Shown one piece after another: positions 19,263 to 28,159 of a DNA stretch of 64,000 bases (positions are counted from its first letter, which is position 1; each line of letters opens with the position of its first letter). The DNA lies in NCBI GenBank assembly GCA_964291625.2, contig OZ220090.1:1062451-1126450 (forward strand). Direction: 5' to 3'. This stretch comes from Candidatus Latescibacterota bacterium. GTDB taxonomy: Bacteria > Latescibacterota > UBA2968 > UBA8231. Below the pieces are notes generated by a model. It was not told the DNA's origin, ran no database searches, and worked only from the letters and a program-made list of their open reading frames with translations. The position numbers and the translations under genes are program-made.

Positions 19263-20777
19263 TCAGCTCCCGGGAGAGGTCGGTGCGCCGGAGTCGAAGA
19301 GGGACTCGTCGAACCGCCCCTCCTCGTCGAGGGGAAAGACGCGGCGCCCCAGGTTGCGGAAGGTCACCGCCTGGGGGGAGTGAACCGAGGACTCCCCCAC
19401 GAGGTGAACGGCCCCGGCCCACGACTCGAAGCCGGCGCGGAAGTGGGCGGCGGACTTGACCCCCACCCAGCGCATGCTCCGCGGGTCGAGGCCGAGGGTG
19501 CGGGCGAAGGCGGTGTCGAAGGGCTGCTCGCGCTCGGTCACCAGCAGCACGTGCACTCCGTCCTGCTCGATGTGGGCCGAGGGCCCCATGCTCGCCTCGA
19601 GGCCGGCGAAGATCGGCCCGTCGTAGTGGAAGGCGCCGTCGCTGACGGCGATCACGCGGGCCTTCATGGGCACCGGCTCGCCCTGCAGGGGATGGGACTT
19701 GCCGCCCACCCGCAGGTCGAGGGCGGCGCCGGCCCCGGCGCCATGGCAGGCGGCCACCGACTCCGGGTCGACGATGTAGAGGACGCAGGCCTGGCGCAGG
19801 CCGGCCTCGACAAAGGCCCGCAGCATGCCGGTGCTGTCCCCGGGGGACCCGCCGCCGGTGTTGTCGTCACGGTCGGCGATGACGGCCGGGAAGAGCCCGT
19901 CGGCCTCGACCTGCCGCAGGACCTCCTCCGTCGACCGGCGGGGCTCGTGCCAGTCGCGGCGGCGCTCCCAGATCCAGCCGCCCAGCTCGTCGGCGCAGGC
20001 CTGGGCCAGCTCCTCGTCGCCGTCGGCCACCACCGTCACCGAGGCGCCCATGCAGGGCACGTCGGCCAGGGGGAAGCAGGTGCAGACCGAGGCGCAGACC
20101 ACCCCCGGCCGGGCCTCGATCCCGTGGAGCCGCTCGATCGTCTCCCGCATCGGCGGGTGGGCGGTGACCTGGTGCATGCCCCACATCATCGGCACCGGGT
20201 GGAAGGCCATCACCGGCCGCAGGCCCTCGCGGACGATGCGCACCAGCACGTCGGCGCACTCGCGGCCCCGCTCGGCCATGTCCACCTCCGGGTAGCTCTC
20301 GCGCCCGATGAGCACGTCGGCGGCGGCGACCATCTCGGCCGACATGTTGGTGTGGATGTCGTGGGCGGCGCAGACCGGCACCGAGGGGCCCACGACCTCG
20401 CGGACCCGGCTGAGGATGTGGCCGTCGGCGTCGTCGAGGCCCTCGGCCGCCATCGACCCGTGCAGCTCGAGGAGGACGCCGTCGATCTCGCCGGCGGCCC
20501 GGAGGCCGTCGAGCAACTCGGTCAGGATCTCGTCGAAGAGAGCCCGGGGCGTGGGCGCGCTCGGATGGGGCTCGGCGTGGATCGTGGGCACCAGCTCGAA
20601 GCCGTGGTCCTCAGCGCCCTCGATGAAGCCGCCCATGGGGCTGTTGGTGCCGCGGAAGGTGCGGATCAGCTCCTCGCCGCGCAGGTAGCCGAAGCGGGCC
20701 TCGTAGCTGTGGCGGCCGGTGGGCACCGGCGTGAAGGTGCTCGACTCGTGGCTGATGGTGCCGGTGGCGACGCGCAT
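19263..20777 (-). CDS. M81 (MlrC-like) metallopeptidase
   Basis: HESSTF, LELHGSM, DIHTN, YPEVD, DNTGGGSPGD, VKSAAHFRAGF. Confidence 0.93.
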   Translation of the reverse strand: MRVATGTISHESSTFTPVPTGRHSYEARFGYLRGEELIRTFRGTNSPMGGFIEGAEDHGFELVPTIHAEPHPSAPTPRALFDEILTELLDGLRAAGEIDGVLLELHGSMAAEGLDDADGHILSRVREVVGPSVPVCAAHDIHTNMSAEMVAAADVLIGRESYPEVDMAERGRECADVLVRIVREGLRPVMAFHPVPMMWGMHQVTAHPPMRETIERLHGIEARPGVVCASVCTCFPLADVPCMGASVTVVADGDEELAQACADELGGWIWERRRDWHEPRRSTEEVLRQVEADGLFPAVIADRDDNTGGGSPGDSTGMLRAFVEAGLRQACVLYIVDPESVAACHGAGAGAALDLRVGGKSHPLQGEPVPMKARVIAVSDGAFHYDGPIFAGLEASMGPSAHIEQDGVHVLLVTEREQPFDTAFARTLGLDPRSMRWVGVKSAAHFRAGFESWAGAVHLVGESSVHSPQAVTFRNLGRRVFPLDEEGRFDESLFDSGAPTSPGS

Positions 20778-20892
20778 GGGGGCTCTTCCGGCCTTCGGGG
20801 AGCGGGTGCGGAGGCCGAAGTATAGGTCCTTGGCCGGAGGCCGGGCGAGGGTTGCTCCGGTGCCGCGGTCTTCGCGCCGCGGCACCAGTCCG

Positions 20893-21732
20893 TCAGCGTG
20901 AGAAGGGGTGCTTGATCCGCCCCCATCCCGCGGGGGACGCCTGGGTGTCCGTTGGCCTCAGGCCGACCAGCACCGCCTGCGCGAAACCGCTGGCGTCCTC
21001 CTGCAGACCCCTGGCTCCGCCAGGCGGAGCGGGATAGGTGATGACACTGTAGCAGTTCGAACGTCCAACGCCATTGTTGTCGGCGGCGAGCACGGCCAGG
21101 GTGATGGTATCACCGATCCTCAGGTCGGAGCGTACGCTCTCCCCGGGGCCCGCGTCGCTCACCACGTCGAAGACCGTGAGCGACAACTCGACGCGCGTCA
21201 CCTTCTCATCCGGGTCCAGGGCACCCACCCCGTGGATGAACTCCGCGGAGTTCCGCCACTCGCCTACGGCTCCGGTGTAGCGGATCGAGGGGCCGTCCTC
21301 GGCGAAGGGAAGCACCTCGACTCGCTGCGCCGTGGCCGCGTCCGAGGCGACTTCCTGGGGCGCCACCTCGACCATGAACTCGAACTGGCCGTCGCGCCAG
21401 ATGTCGAAGGGCCGATCGGAGATCTCATGATCGATTCGCTCGAAGGCGACGAGCACGCGATCCGGCGGCAGCACGGCAATCCAGATCTCGATCCAGAAAG
21501 TACCCGGGCAGTACCCATGGGCGGATTCGCTGGGGTCCGCCCACGTATCGATTTCCTTCAGCATCGGCGGACCGATGATCTGCCGCCAGTCCGTCAGGTC
21601 ACCGTCCACCTGTATGGCATGGGCGTCCGTCAGCACAGGGATCTCGAGCGGCAGCAGGACCGGAGGCTCCCCGGCCGAGCAGATCCCTGGCAGCGCAGCG
21701 AACAGCAGGACAAGGGCTGGCGCTCTCAGCAT
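20893..21732 (-). CDS. Secreted DOMON/CBM9-like array protein, copy F (last)
   Basis: Signal peptide, IQVDGDLTDW motif, C-terminal SPAGWGRIK. Confidence 0.85.
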   Translation of the reverse strand: MLRAPALVLLFAALPGICSAGEPPVLLPLEIPVLTDAHAIQVDGDLTDWRQIIGPPMLKEIDTWADPSESAHGYCPGTFWIEIWIAVLPPDRVLVAFERIDHEISDRPFDIWRDGQFEFMVEVAPQEVASDAATAQRVEVLPFAEDGPSIRYTGAVGEWRNSAEFIHGVGALDPDEKVTRVELSLTVFDVVSDAGPGESVRSDLRIGDTITLAVLAADNNGVGRSNCYSVITYPAPPGGARGLQEDASGFAQAVLVGLRPTDTQASPAGWGRIKHPFSR

Positions 21733-21778
21733 GGCATGCCTCGTTGCGGCCTGCTACGTGTCCAGCGACGCCCGACCG

Positions 21779-22615
21779 CTACCATCTCAAGAGCCGCTTG
21801 AGCGAGCCCCAGCCCGAGGGCAGCACCACCGTCGGAGGCGGTTCCAGGCCGACCAGCACCGCCTGTGCGAAACCGCTGGCGTCTTCCTGCAGCCCCCTGG
21901 CTCCGCCAGGAGGAGCGGAATAGTAGATGACCTGGTAGCAGTTTCCATCGTCATTTTCGTTGGCGGCGATCACGGCCAGGGTGATGGTGTCACCGATCTT
22001 CAAGTCGGAACGAACGCTCTCCCCGGGGCCCGCGTCGCTCACCACGTCAAAGACCGTGAGCGACAACTCGACGCGCGTCACCTTCTCATCCGGGTCCAGA
22101 GCAGCCACTCCGTGGATGAACTCCGCCGTGTTCCGCCATCGGCCCACAGCTCCGGCGTAGCGGATCGAGAGGCCGCCCTCGGCAAAGGGAAGCACCTCGA
22201 CCCGCTGCGCCGTGGCCGCGTCCGAGGCGACTTCCTGGGGCGCCACCTCGATCATGAACTCGAACTGGCCGTCGCGCCAGATGTCTCTGACACTATCTGA
22301 GATCGAATGGTCCCATCGGTCGAAGGCGACGAGCACGCGATCCGGCGGCACCACGGCAATCCAGATCTCGATCCTGAAAAGCTGCTGGTGGCAGAACGCA
22401 TAGTCGGATTCGGTGGGGTCCGCCCATACGTCACGTTCCGTGAGCATGGGCGCACCGATCACCTGCCGCCAGTCCCCCAGGTCACCGTCCACCTGAATGG
22501 CATCGGCGTCCGTCAGCACCGGGATCTCGAGCGGCAGCAGGACCGGAGGGTCCCCAGCCGAGCAGATCCCTGGAAGGGCGGCGAACAGCAGCACAAGGGC
22601 TATCGCTCTCAGCAT
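21779..22615 (-). CDS. Secreted DOMON/CBM9-like array protein, copy E
   Basis: ATG start MLRAIAL, VDGDLGDW, C-terminal PSGWGSLKRLLRW. Confidence 0.85.
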   Translation of the reverse strand: MLRAIALVLLFAALPGICSAGDPPVLLPLEIPVLTDADAIQVDGDLGDWRQVIGAPMLTERDVWADPTESDYAFCHQQLFRIEIWIAVVPPDRVLVAFDRWDHSISDSVRDIWRDGQFEFMIEVAPQEVASDAATAQRVEVLPFAEGGLSIRYAGAVGRWRNTAEFIHGVAALDPDEKVTRVELSLTVFDVVSDAGPGESVRSDLKIGDTITLAVIAANENDDGNCYQVIYYSAPPGGARGLQEDASGFAQAVLVGLEPPPTVVLPSGWGSLKRLLRW

Positions 22616-22661
22616 GGCACGCCTCGCTGCGGCCTGCTGCGTGGCCAACGACGCTTGGCCG

Positions 22662-23489
22662 CTACCATCTCAAGAGCCGCTTGAGCGAGCCCCAGCCCGA
22701 GGGCAGCACCACCGTCGGAGGCGGCTCCAGGCCGACGAGCACCGCCGGCGCGAAGCCGCTGGCGTCTTCCTGCAGCCCCCTGGCTCCGCCAGGAGGAGCG
22801 GAATAGTAGATGACCTGGTAGCAGTTTCCATCGTCATTTTCGTTGGCGGCGATCACGGCCAGGGTGATGGTGTCACCGATCTTCAAGTCGGAACGAACGC
22901 TCTCCCCGGGGCCCGCGTCGCTCACCACGTCAAAGACCGTGAGCGACAACTCGACGCGCGTCACCTTCTCATCCGGGTCCAGAGCAGCCACTCCGTGGAT
23001 GAACTCCGCCGTGTTCCGCCATCGGCCCACAGCTCCGGCGTAGCGGACCGAGAGGCCACCCTCGGCAAAGGGCAGCACCTCGACTCTCTGCGCCGTGGCG
23101 GCGTCCGAGGCGACCTCCTGGGGCGCCACCTCGATCATGAACTCGAACTGGCCGTCGCGCCAGATGTCTCTGACGTTACCTGAGATCGAACGATCCCATC
23201 GGTCGAAGGCGACGAGCACGCGATCCGGCGGCAGCACGGAAATCCAGATCTCGATCCAGAAAGTCGACGGACAGTACGCGGATTCGCTGGGGTCCCCCCA
23301 CATGTCGATCATCGCGAGCGTCGGAGGACCGATGACCTGCCGCCAGTCCGCCAAGTCACCATCCACCTGTATGGCATCCTCATTCGTCAGCACCGGGATC
23401 TCGAGCGGCGGCAGGACCGGAGGGTCCCCGGCCGAGCAGATCCCCGGCAGCGCGGCGAACAGCAGCACAAGGGATATCGCTCTCAGCAA
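22662..23489 (-). CDS. Secreted DOMON/CBM9-like array protein, copy D
   Basis: TTG start aligned with the other copies, VDGDLADW, PSGWGSLKRLLRW. Confidence 0.85.
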   Translation of the reverse strand: MLRAISLVLLFAALPGICSAGDPPVLPPLEIPVLTNEDAIQVDGDLADWRQVIGPPTLAMIDMWGDPSESAYCPSTFWIEIWISVLPPDRVLVAFDRWDRSISGNVRDIWRDGQFEFMIEVAPQEVASDAATAQRVEVLPFAEGGLSVRYAGAVGRWRNTAEFIHGVAALDPDEKVTRVELSLTVFDVVSDAGPGESVRSDLKIGDTITLAVIAANENDDGNCYQVIYYSAPPGGARGLQEDASGFAPAVLVGLEPPPTVVLPSGWGSLKRLLRW

Positions 23490-23535
23490 GGCGAGCCTCG
23501 CTGTGGCCTGCTCCGTGGCCAACGACGCCCGACCG

Positions 23536-24375
23536 CTACCATCTCAAGAGCCGCTTGAGCGAGCCCCATCCCGAAGGCGACACAACCGTACGACGCGGTT
23601 CCAAGCCGACCAGCACCGCCTGCGCGAAACCGCTGGCATCCTCCCGCAGAATCCTGGCAGGAGGGAATGGATAGGTGACGACCGCGACGCACCAGTCACA
23701 AGGATCGACATCGACGCCTATCACCCCCAAGGTGATGGCATCACCGACCTTCAGGTCCGACCGAACGCTCTCCTGGAGCCCCACGTCGCTGACCACGTCG
23801 AACACCGTGAGCGACACCTCCACGCGCGTCTCGATCTCGTGATTGGCCTTGGGTGGGTCCGAGTCGGTCACCCCGTGGAGGTACTCGCTCGTGTTCCGCC
23901 ACGCGCCCAAGGCTCCGGCGTAGCGGACCGAGAGGCCGCCTTCGGCAAAGGGCAGCACCTCGACTCTCTGCGCCGTGGCCGCATCCGAGGCCACCTCCTG
24001 AGGCGCCACCTCCACCATGAACTCGAACTGGCCCTCGCGCCATCCATCGACTACCTGGTCGCTGACCTCCGTGTCTCGTCTCTCGAAGGCGAGGAGCACA
24101 CGGTCCGGCGGCAGCACGGCAATCCAGACATCAAGGTGATAATCCAACAAATCTCTCATGGGGTCGCCCTCGGTGACGTCCCCCCACATGTCGATCGGCG
24201 CGAGCGTCGGCGGACCGATGACCTGCCGCCAGTCCGCCAGGTCACCGTCCACCTGTATGGCATGGGCGTCCGTCAGCACAGGGATCTCGAGCGGCGGCAG
24301 GACCGGAGGCTCCCCGGCCGAGCAGACCCCTGGAAGGGCGGCCAACAGGACCACGGCCGTCATGCTTCTCAGCAT
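23536..24375 (-). CDS. Secreted DOMON/CBM9-like array protein, copy C (most divergent)
   Basis: Signal peptide, VDGDLADW, loop insertion DSDPPKANHEIE, PSGWGSLKRLLRW. Confidence 0.85.
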   Translation of the reverse strand: MLRSMTAVVLLAALPGVCSAGEPPVLPPLEIPVLTDAHAIQVDGDLADWRQVIGPPTLAPIDMWGDVTEGDPMRDLLDYHLDVWIAVLPPDRVLLAFERRDTEVSDQVVDGWREGQFEFMVEVAPQEVASDAATAQRVEVLPFAEGGLSVRYAGALGAWRNTSEYLHGVTDSDPPKANHEIETRVEVSLTVFDVVSDVGLQESVRSDLKVGDAITLGVIGVDVDPCDWCVAVVTYPFPPARILREDASGFAQAVLVGLEPRRTVVSPSGWGSLKRLLRW

Positions 24376-24428
24376 GGGACCCCTGTCAGATGGGCGATCA
24401 GCAAAGCAGGTGGAACGCCAGCCGGCCG

Positions 24429-25262
24429 CTACCATCGCCAGAGACGCTTGAGCGAGCCCCATCCCGAGGGCCGGACCACCGTAGGAGGCGGCTCCAGACC
24501 CACCAGCACCGCAGGCGCGAAGCCGCTGGCGTCCTCCTGCAGACGCCTGGCTCCGGCAGGGGGATAGTCGATGACACTGTAGCAGCTCGAACGTCCATCG
24601 CCATTGTTGTCAGCGGCGATCACGGCCAGGGTGATGGCATCACCGATCCTCAGGTCGGAGCGCACGCTCTCCCCGGGGCCCGCATCGCTCACCACGTCGA
24701 AGACCGTGAGCGACAACTCGACGCGCGTCACCTTCTCATCCAAGTCCAGAGTACCCACCCCATGGATGAACTCCGCCGTGTTCCGCCATTGGCCCACAGC
24801 ACCGGTGTAGCGGATCGAGAGGCCGCCCTCGGCGAAGGGAAGCACCTCGACCCGTTGCGCCGTGGCCGCGTCCGAGGCGACTTCCTGGGGCGCCACCTCG
24901 ATCATGAACTCGAACTGGCCGTCCCGCCAGATGTCGAAGGGCCGATCGGAGATCTCATGATCGATTCGCTCGAAGGCGACGAGCACGCGATCCGGCGGCA
25001 CCACGGCAATCCATATCTCGATCCAGAAAGTACCCGGGCAGAACGCATAATCGGACTCTGTGGGGTCCGTCCATACGTCACGTACCGTGAGCAAGGGCGC
25101 ACCGGTGACCTGCCGCCAGTCCGTCAGGTCACCGTCCACCTGCATGGCAGCGGCGTCCGCCAGCACCGGGATCTCGAGCGGCGGCAGGACCGGAGGGTCC
25201 CCGGCCGAGCAGATCCCCGGCAGCGCGGCGAACAGCAGGACAAGGGATATCGCTCTCAGCAA
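24429..25262 (-). CDS. Secreted DOMON/CBM9-like array protein, copy B
   Basis: Signal peptide, VDGDLTDW, PSGWGSLKRLWRW. Confidence 0.85.
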   Translation of the reverse strand: MLRAISLVLLFAALPGICSAGDPPVLPPLEIPVLADAAAMQVDGDLTDWRQVTGAPLLTVRDVWTDPTESDYAFCPGTFWIEIWIAVVPPDRVLVAFERIDHEISDRPFDIWRDGQFEFMIEVAPQEVASDAATAQRVEVLPFAEGGLSIRYTGAVGQWRNTAEFIHGVGTLDLDEKVTRVELSLTVFDVVSDAGPGESVRSDLRIGDAITLAVIAADNNGDGRSSCYSVIDYPPAGARRLQEDASGFAPAVLVGLEPPPTVVRPSGWGSLKRLWRW

Positions 25263-25308
25263 GGCGAGCCTCGCTGTGGCCTGCTCCGTGGCGAGCGACG
25301 CCCGGGCA

Positions 25309-26145
25309 CTACCATCTCAAGAGCCGCTTGAGCGAGCCCCAGCGCGAGGGCAGCACCACCGTCGGAGGCGGTTCCAGACCCACCAGCACCGCCGGCGCGA
25401 AACCGCTGGCGTCTTCCTGCAGACGCCTGGCCCCAGCGGAACCGTAGCCGGTGACCCTGTAGCAGTGTGAATCGCTTCCATCGCCATTGTTGTCGGCGGC
25501 GAGCACGGCCACGGTGATGGTATCACCGATCCTCAGGTCGGAGCGCACGCTCTCCCCGGGGCCTGCATCGCTCACCACGTCGAAGATCGTGATCGACAAC
25601 TCGACGCGGGTCACCTTCTCATCCAGGTCCAGGGCACCCACCCCGTGGATGAACTCCGCCGTGTTCCGCCATAGGCCCACAGCACCGGTGTAGCGGATCG
25701 AGAGGCCGTCCTCGGCGAAGGGAAGCACCTCGACTCGCTGCGCCGTGGCCGCGTCCGGGGCGACATCCTGTGACGTTACCTCGATCATGAACTGGAACTG
25801 GCCGTCTCGCCAGATATCGAAGATACCCTCGGAGATCACCTCATCGAGTCGCTCGCAGGCGACGAGCACGCGATCCGGCGGCAGCACGGCAATCCAGATC
25901 TCGATCCAGAAAGTACCCGGGCAGTACCCATGGGCGGATTCGCTGGGGTCAGCCCACATTTCATATGTCGCCAGCAGAGGCGGACCGATGACTTGCCGCC
26001 AGTCCGCCAGGTCACCATCCACCTGTATGGCATCGGCGTCCGTCAGCACCGGGATCTCGAGCGGCGGCAGGACGGGGGCCTCCCCACCGAAGCACATGCG
26101 CGGCAACACGACAAGCAGAAAGACCAACGCCGTGGTTCTCCCCAT
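25309..26145 (-). CDS. Secreted DOMON/CBM9-like array protein, copy A (first)
   Basis: GAGGAG RBS, distinct signal peptide, VDGDLADW, PSRWGSLKRLLRW. Confidence 0.85.
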   Translation of the reverse strand: MGRTTALVFLLVVLPRMCFGGEAPVLPPLEIPVLTDADAIQVDGDLADWRQVIGPPLLATYEMWADPSESAHGYCPGTFWIEIWIAVLPPDRVLVACERLDEVISEGIFDIWRDGQFQFMIEVTSQDVAPDAATAQRVEVLPFAEDGLSIRYTGAVGLWRNTAEFIHGVGALDLDEKVTRVELSITIFDVVSDAGPGESVRSDLRIGDTITVAVLAADNNGDGSDSHCYRVTGYGSAGARRLQEDASGFAPAVLVGLEPPPTVVLPSRWGSLKRLLRW

Positions 26146-26282
26146 GGCCGTCTCTCCTCACCCGTCCGTGCACGAGTCCAAATCCATTCATCCATCATAC
26201 CCATCTGGCCGGGATATCGCTATGCCAACCCGCCCTGGGACGCAGGTTGGCCCACTCCGGGCCAGCGGCTACCATTGGCGCC

Positions 26283-27062
26283 ATGATCTTCAACGCCATC
26301 GACGACTTCCGCCGCCGGCTGCAATCCGGCGAGACCCTGGTGGGCACCACCCTGACCCTCACCGATCCCCAGGTCTGCGAGGCCCTCGCCGATTCGGTCG
26401 ACTTCCTGTGGATCGACCTGGAGCACTCCCCCATGGGCCCGGAGGCGATGCGCGCCCACCTGATGGTGGCCCGGGGCCGGCGCCGGGCGGTCCTCGTGCG
26501 CGTGCCGGGGTCGGAGACGTCCGCCATCAAGCCCGTCCTCGACGCCGGGGCCCCCGGCATCGTCGTCCCCCAGGTCGCCTCCGCCGCCGAGGTCGAGTCG
26601 GTCGTCGCCGACTGCCGCTACCCGCCCGGCGGGCGCCGGGGCTTCGGCCCCCTCGTGGCCTCCGACTACGGCCGCCTGGGAGGTCCGGAGTACCCGGAGC
26701 TGGCGGACCGCAGCCTCTTCGTCTCGGTCATGGTCGAGCGCGTCGAGGCGGTGGAGGCGATCGACGAGATCGTCGCCGTGCCCGGCCTCGACTCGGTGGT
26801 CCTCGGCCCCAATGACCTCTCCGGCTCCCTCGGCCTCCTCGGGCAGGTGGAGCACCCCGACGTGGTGGCCGCCATGGAGCGGGTCATCGCCGCGGCCTCC
26901 GCCCGGGGCCTGCCGGTGGGCTCGGGCCTGCCCGTCGACCCGGCCTACGCCGAGGTCCAGGCGCGGCGCGGCGTGCAGTGGCTGCAGATCGGCGGCGACC
27001 TCCCCCACCTGATGCTCGCCGTGGACGACACGGTGAAGACGGTCCGCCAGCGGCTGGCGTGA
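26283..27062 (+). CDS. HpcH/HpaI aldolase family protein
   Basis: DFLWIDLEHSP, VLDAGAPGIVVP, YPPGGRRG, LGPNDLS. Confidence 0.93.
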   Translation: MIFNAIDDFRRRLQSGETLVGTTLTLTDPQVCEALADSVDFLWIDLEHSPMGPEAMRAHLMVARGRRRAVLVRVPGSETSAIKPVLDAGAPGIVVPQVASAAEVESVVADCRYPPGGRRGFGPLVASDYGRLGGPEYPELADRSLFVSVMVERVEAVEAIDEIVAVPGLDSVVLGPNDLSGSLGLLGQVEHPDVVAAMERVIAAASARGLPVGSGLPVDPAYAEVQARRGVQWLQIGGDLPHLMLAVDDTVKTVRQRLA

Positions 27063-28120
27063 ACCTCCTCCCCGCGCAGGACCTGCGCGACCTCGGCGTC
27101 GAGTTGTTCCGGGCCTGCGGCGCCCCGGCAGCCGAGGCCGCCCTCGTGGCCGATCATCTCGTGGAAGCCAGCCTCATGGGCATCGACTCCCACGGCGTCG
27201 TGCGCTACGTGATGTACGTGGAGCACTGCCTCGACGGCACGATCCGTCCCGGCGCGCCGGCGCGGGTGGTGGACTCCCCGGGAGCGGCGGCCGTCGTCGA
27301 CTGCGGCATGAACTTCGGCCAGGTCGGCGCCCAGCACATGACCGACCTGGTGAGCGAGGGCGCCCGGTCCGGCGGCATCGCCTTCGCCGTGAGCCGCCGC
27401 TGCCATCACGTGGGCCGCCTCGGCGCCTGGCCCCAGAAGCTGGCCGAGGCCGGCCTCTTCGGACTGGCCGTGGCCAACAGTCACCGGCACGGCCACTTCG
27501 TCGTGCCCTGGGGCGGACGGGAGGGCCGGCTGGCCACCAACCCCCTGGCCTGGGCGGCGCCCACCGAGGGCGATCCCCTGCTGCTGGACATGTCGACGAG
27601 CATGATCCCCGAGGGCCGCATCCGCACCGCCCTGCACGCCGGAGAGCGGCTGCCCGAGGGCCGCATCCTCGACGGAGACGGACGGCCCACGGTCGAGCCC
27701 GCCGACTTCTACGGCCCGGGCGAGGGGCCGCCGGCCGGCGCCATCCTGCCCTTCGGCGGCGACCTCGGGTACCGCGGCTTCGGCCTCGGCCTGCTGGTGG
27801 AGGTCCTCGGCGCGACGATCGCCGGCGAGCCCCTGGCCGAACCCGACGACGGCCGCTACATCAACGGCTTCGGCATCCTCGCCATCGACCCGGCGGCGCT
27901 GAGCGGCTCCGGGGACCGCTTCCGGGAGCTGACCGGCGAGCTGCGGGACTACGTGCGCGGCTCGGCCCCGGCTCCCGGCTTCGAGGAGGTGCTGATGCCG
28001 GGGGAGCGCGAGTTCCGCACCCTGCGCGAGCGCCGGCGCGAGGGCATCCCCCTGCCCGGGGAGAGCCGCCGCCTCATCGCGGAGGCGGCGGAGCGGGTCG
28101 GGGTCCGGGTTCCGTGGTAG
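27059..28120 (+). CDS. Ldh_2 family (malate/L-lactate/ureidoglycolate dehydrogenase-like) oxidoreductase
   Basis: GIDSHG, HVGRLG, ATNPLA, LDMSTS, LPFGG, MPGERE; GTGA overlap. Confidence 0.93.
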   Translation: MNLLPAQDLRDLGVELFRACGAPAAEAALVADHLVEASLMGIDSHGVVRYVMYVEHCLDGTIRPGAPARVVDSPGAAAVVDCGMNFGQVGAQHMTDLVSEGARSGGIAFAVSRRCHHVGRLGAWPQKLAEAGLFGLAVANSHRHGHFVVPWGGREGRLATNPLAWAAPTEGDPLLLDMSTSMIPEGRIRTALHAGERLPEGRILDGDGRPTVEPADFYGPGEGPPAGAILPFGGDLGYRGFGLGLLVEVLGATIAGEPLAEPDDGRYINGFGILAIDPAALSGSGDRFRELTGELRDYVRGSAPAPGFEEVLMPGEREFRTLRERRREGIPLPGESRRLIAEAAERVGVRVPW

Positions 28121-28159
28121 CAGGTATCAGATTGACCACATTAACGATGGAGACACGAA

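Larger units (their letters stand above)
20893..26145 (-). repeat. Tandem array of six ~880-bp paralogous genes
   Basis: Stops at 25309, 24429, 23536, 22662, 21779 and 20893 (periods 880, 893, 874, 883, 886 bp); conserved framework and conserved intergenic spacers. Confidence 0.97.

Noticed and set aside
20893-26145. Array as target of a diversity-generating retroelement, a shufflon or an integron
   Set aside because: No reverse transcriptase, invertase or integrase in the window; differences include indels and all base types rather than adenine-only changes; all copies are full genes in one orientation and I saw no attC-like sites
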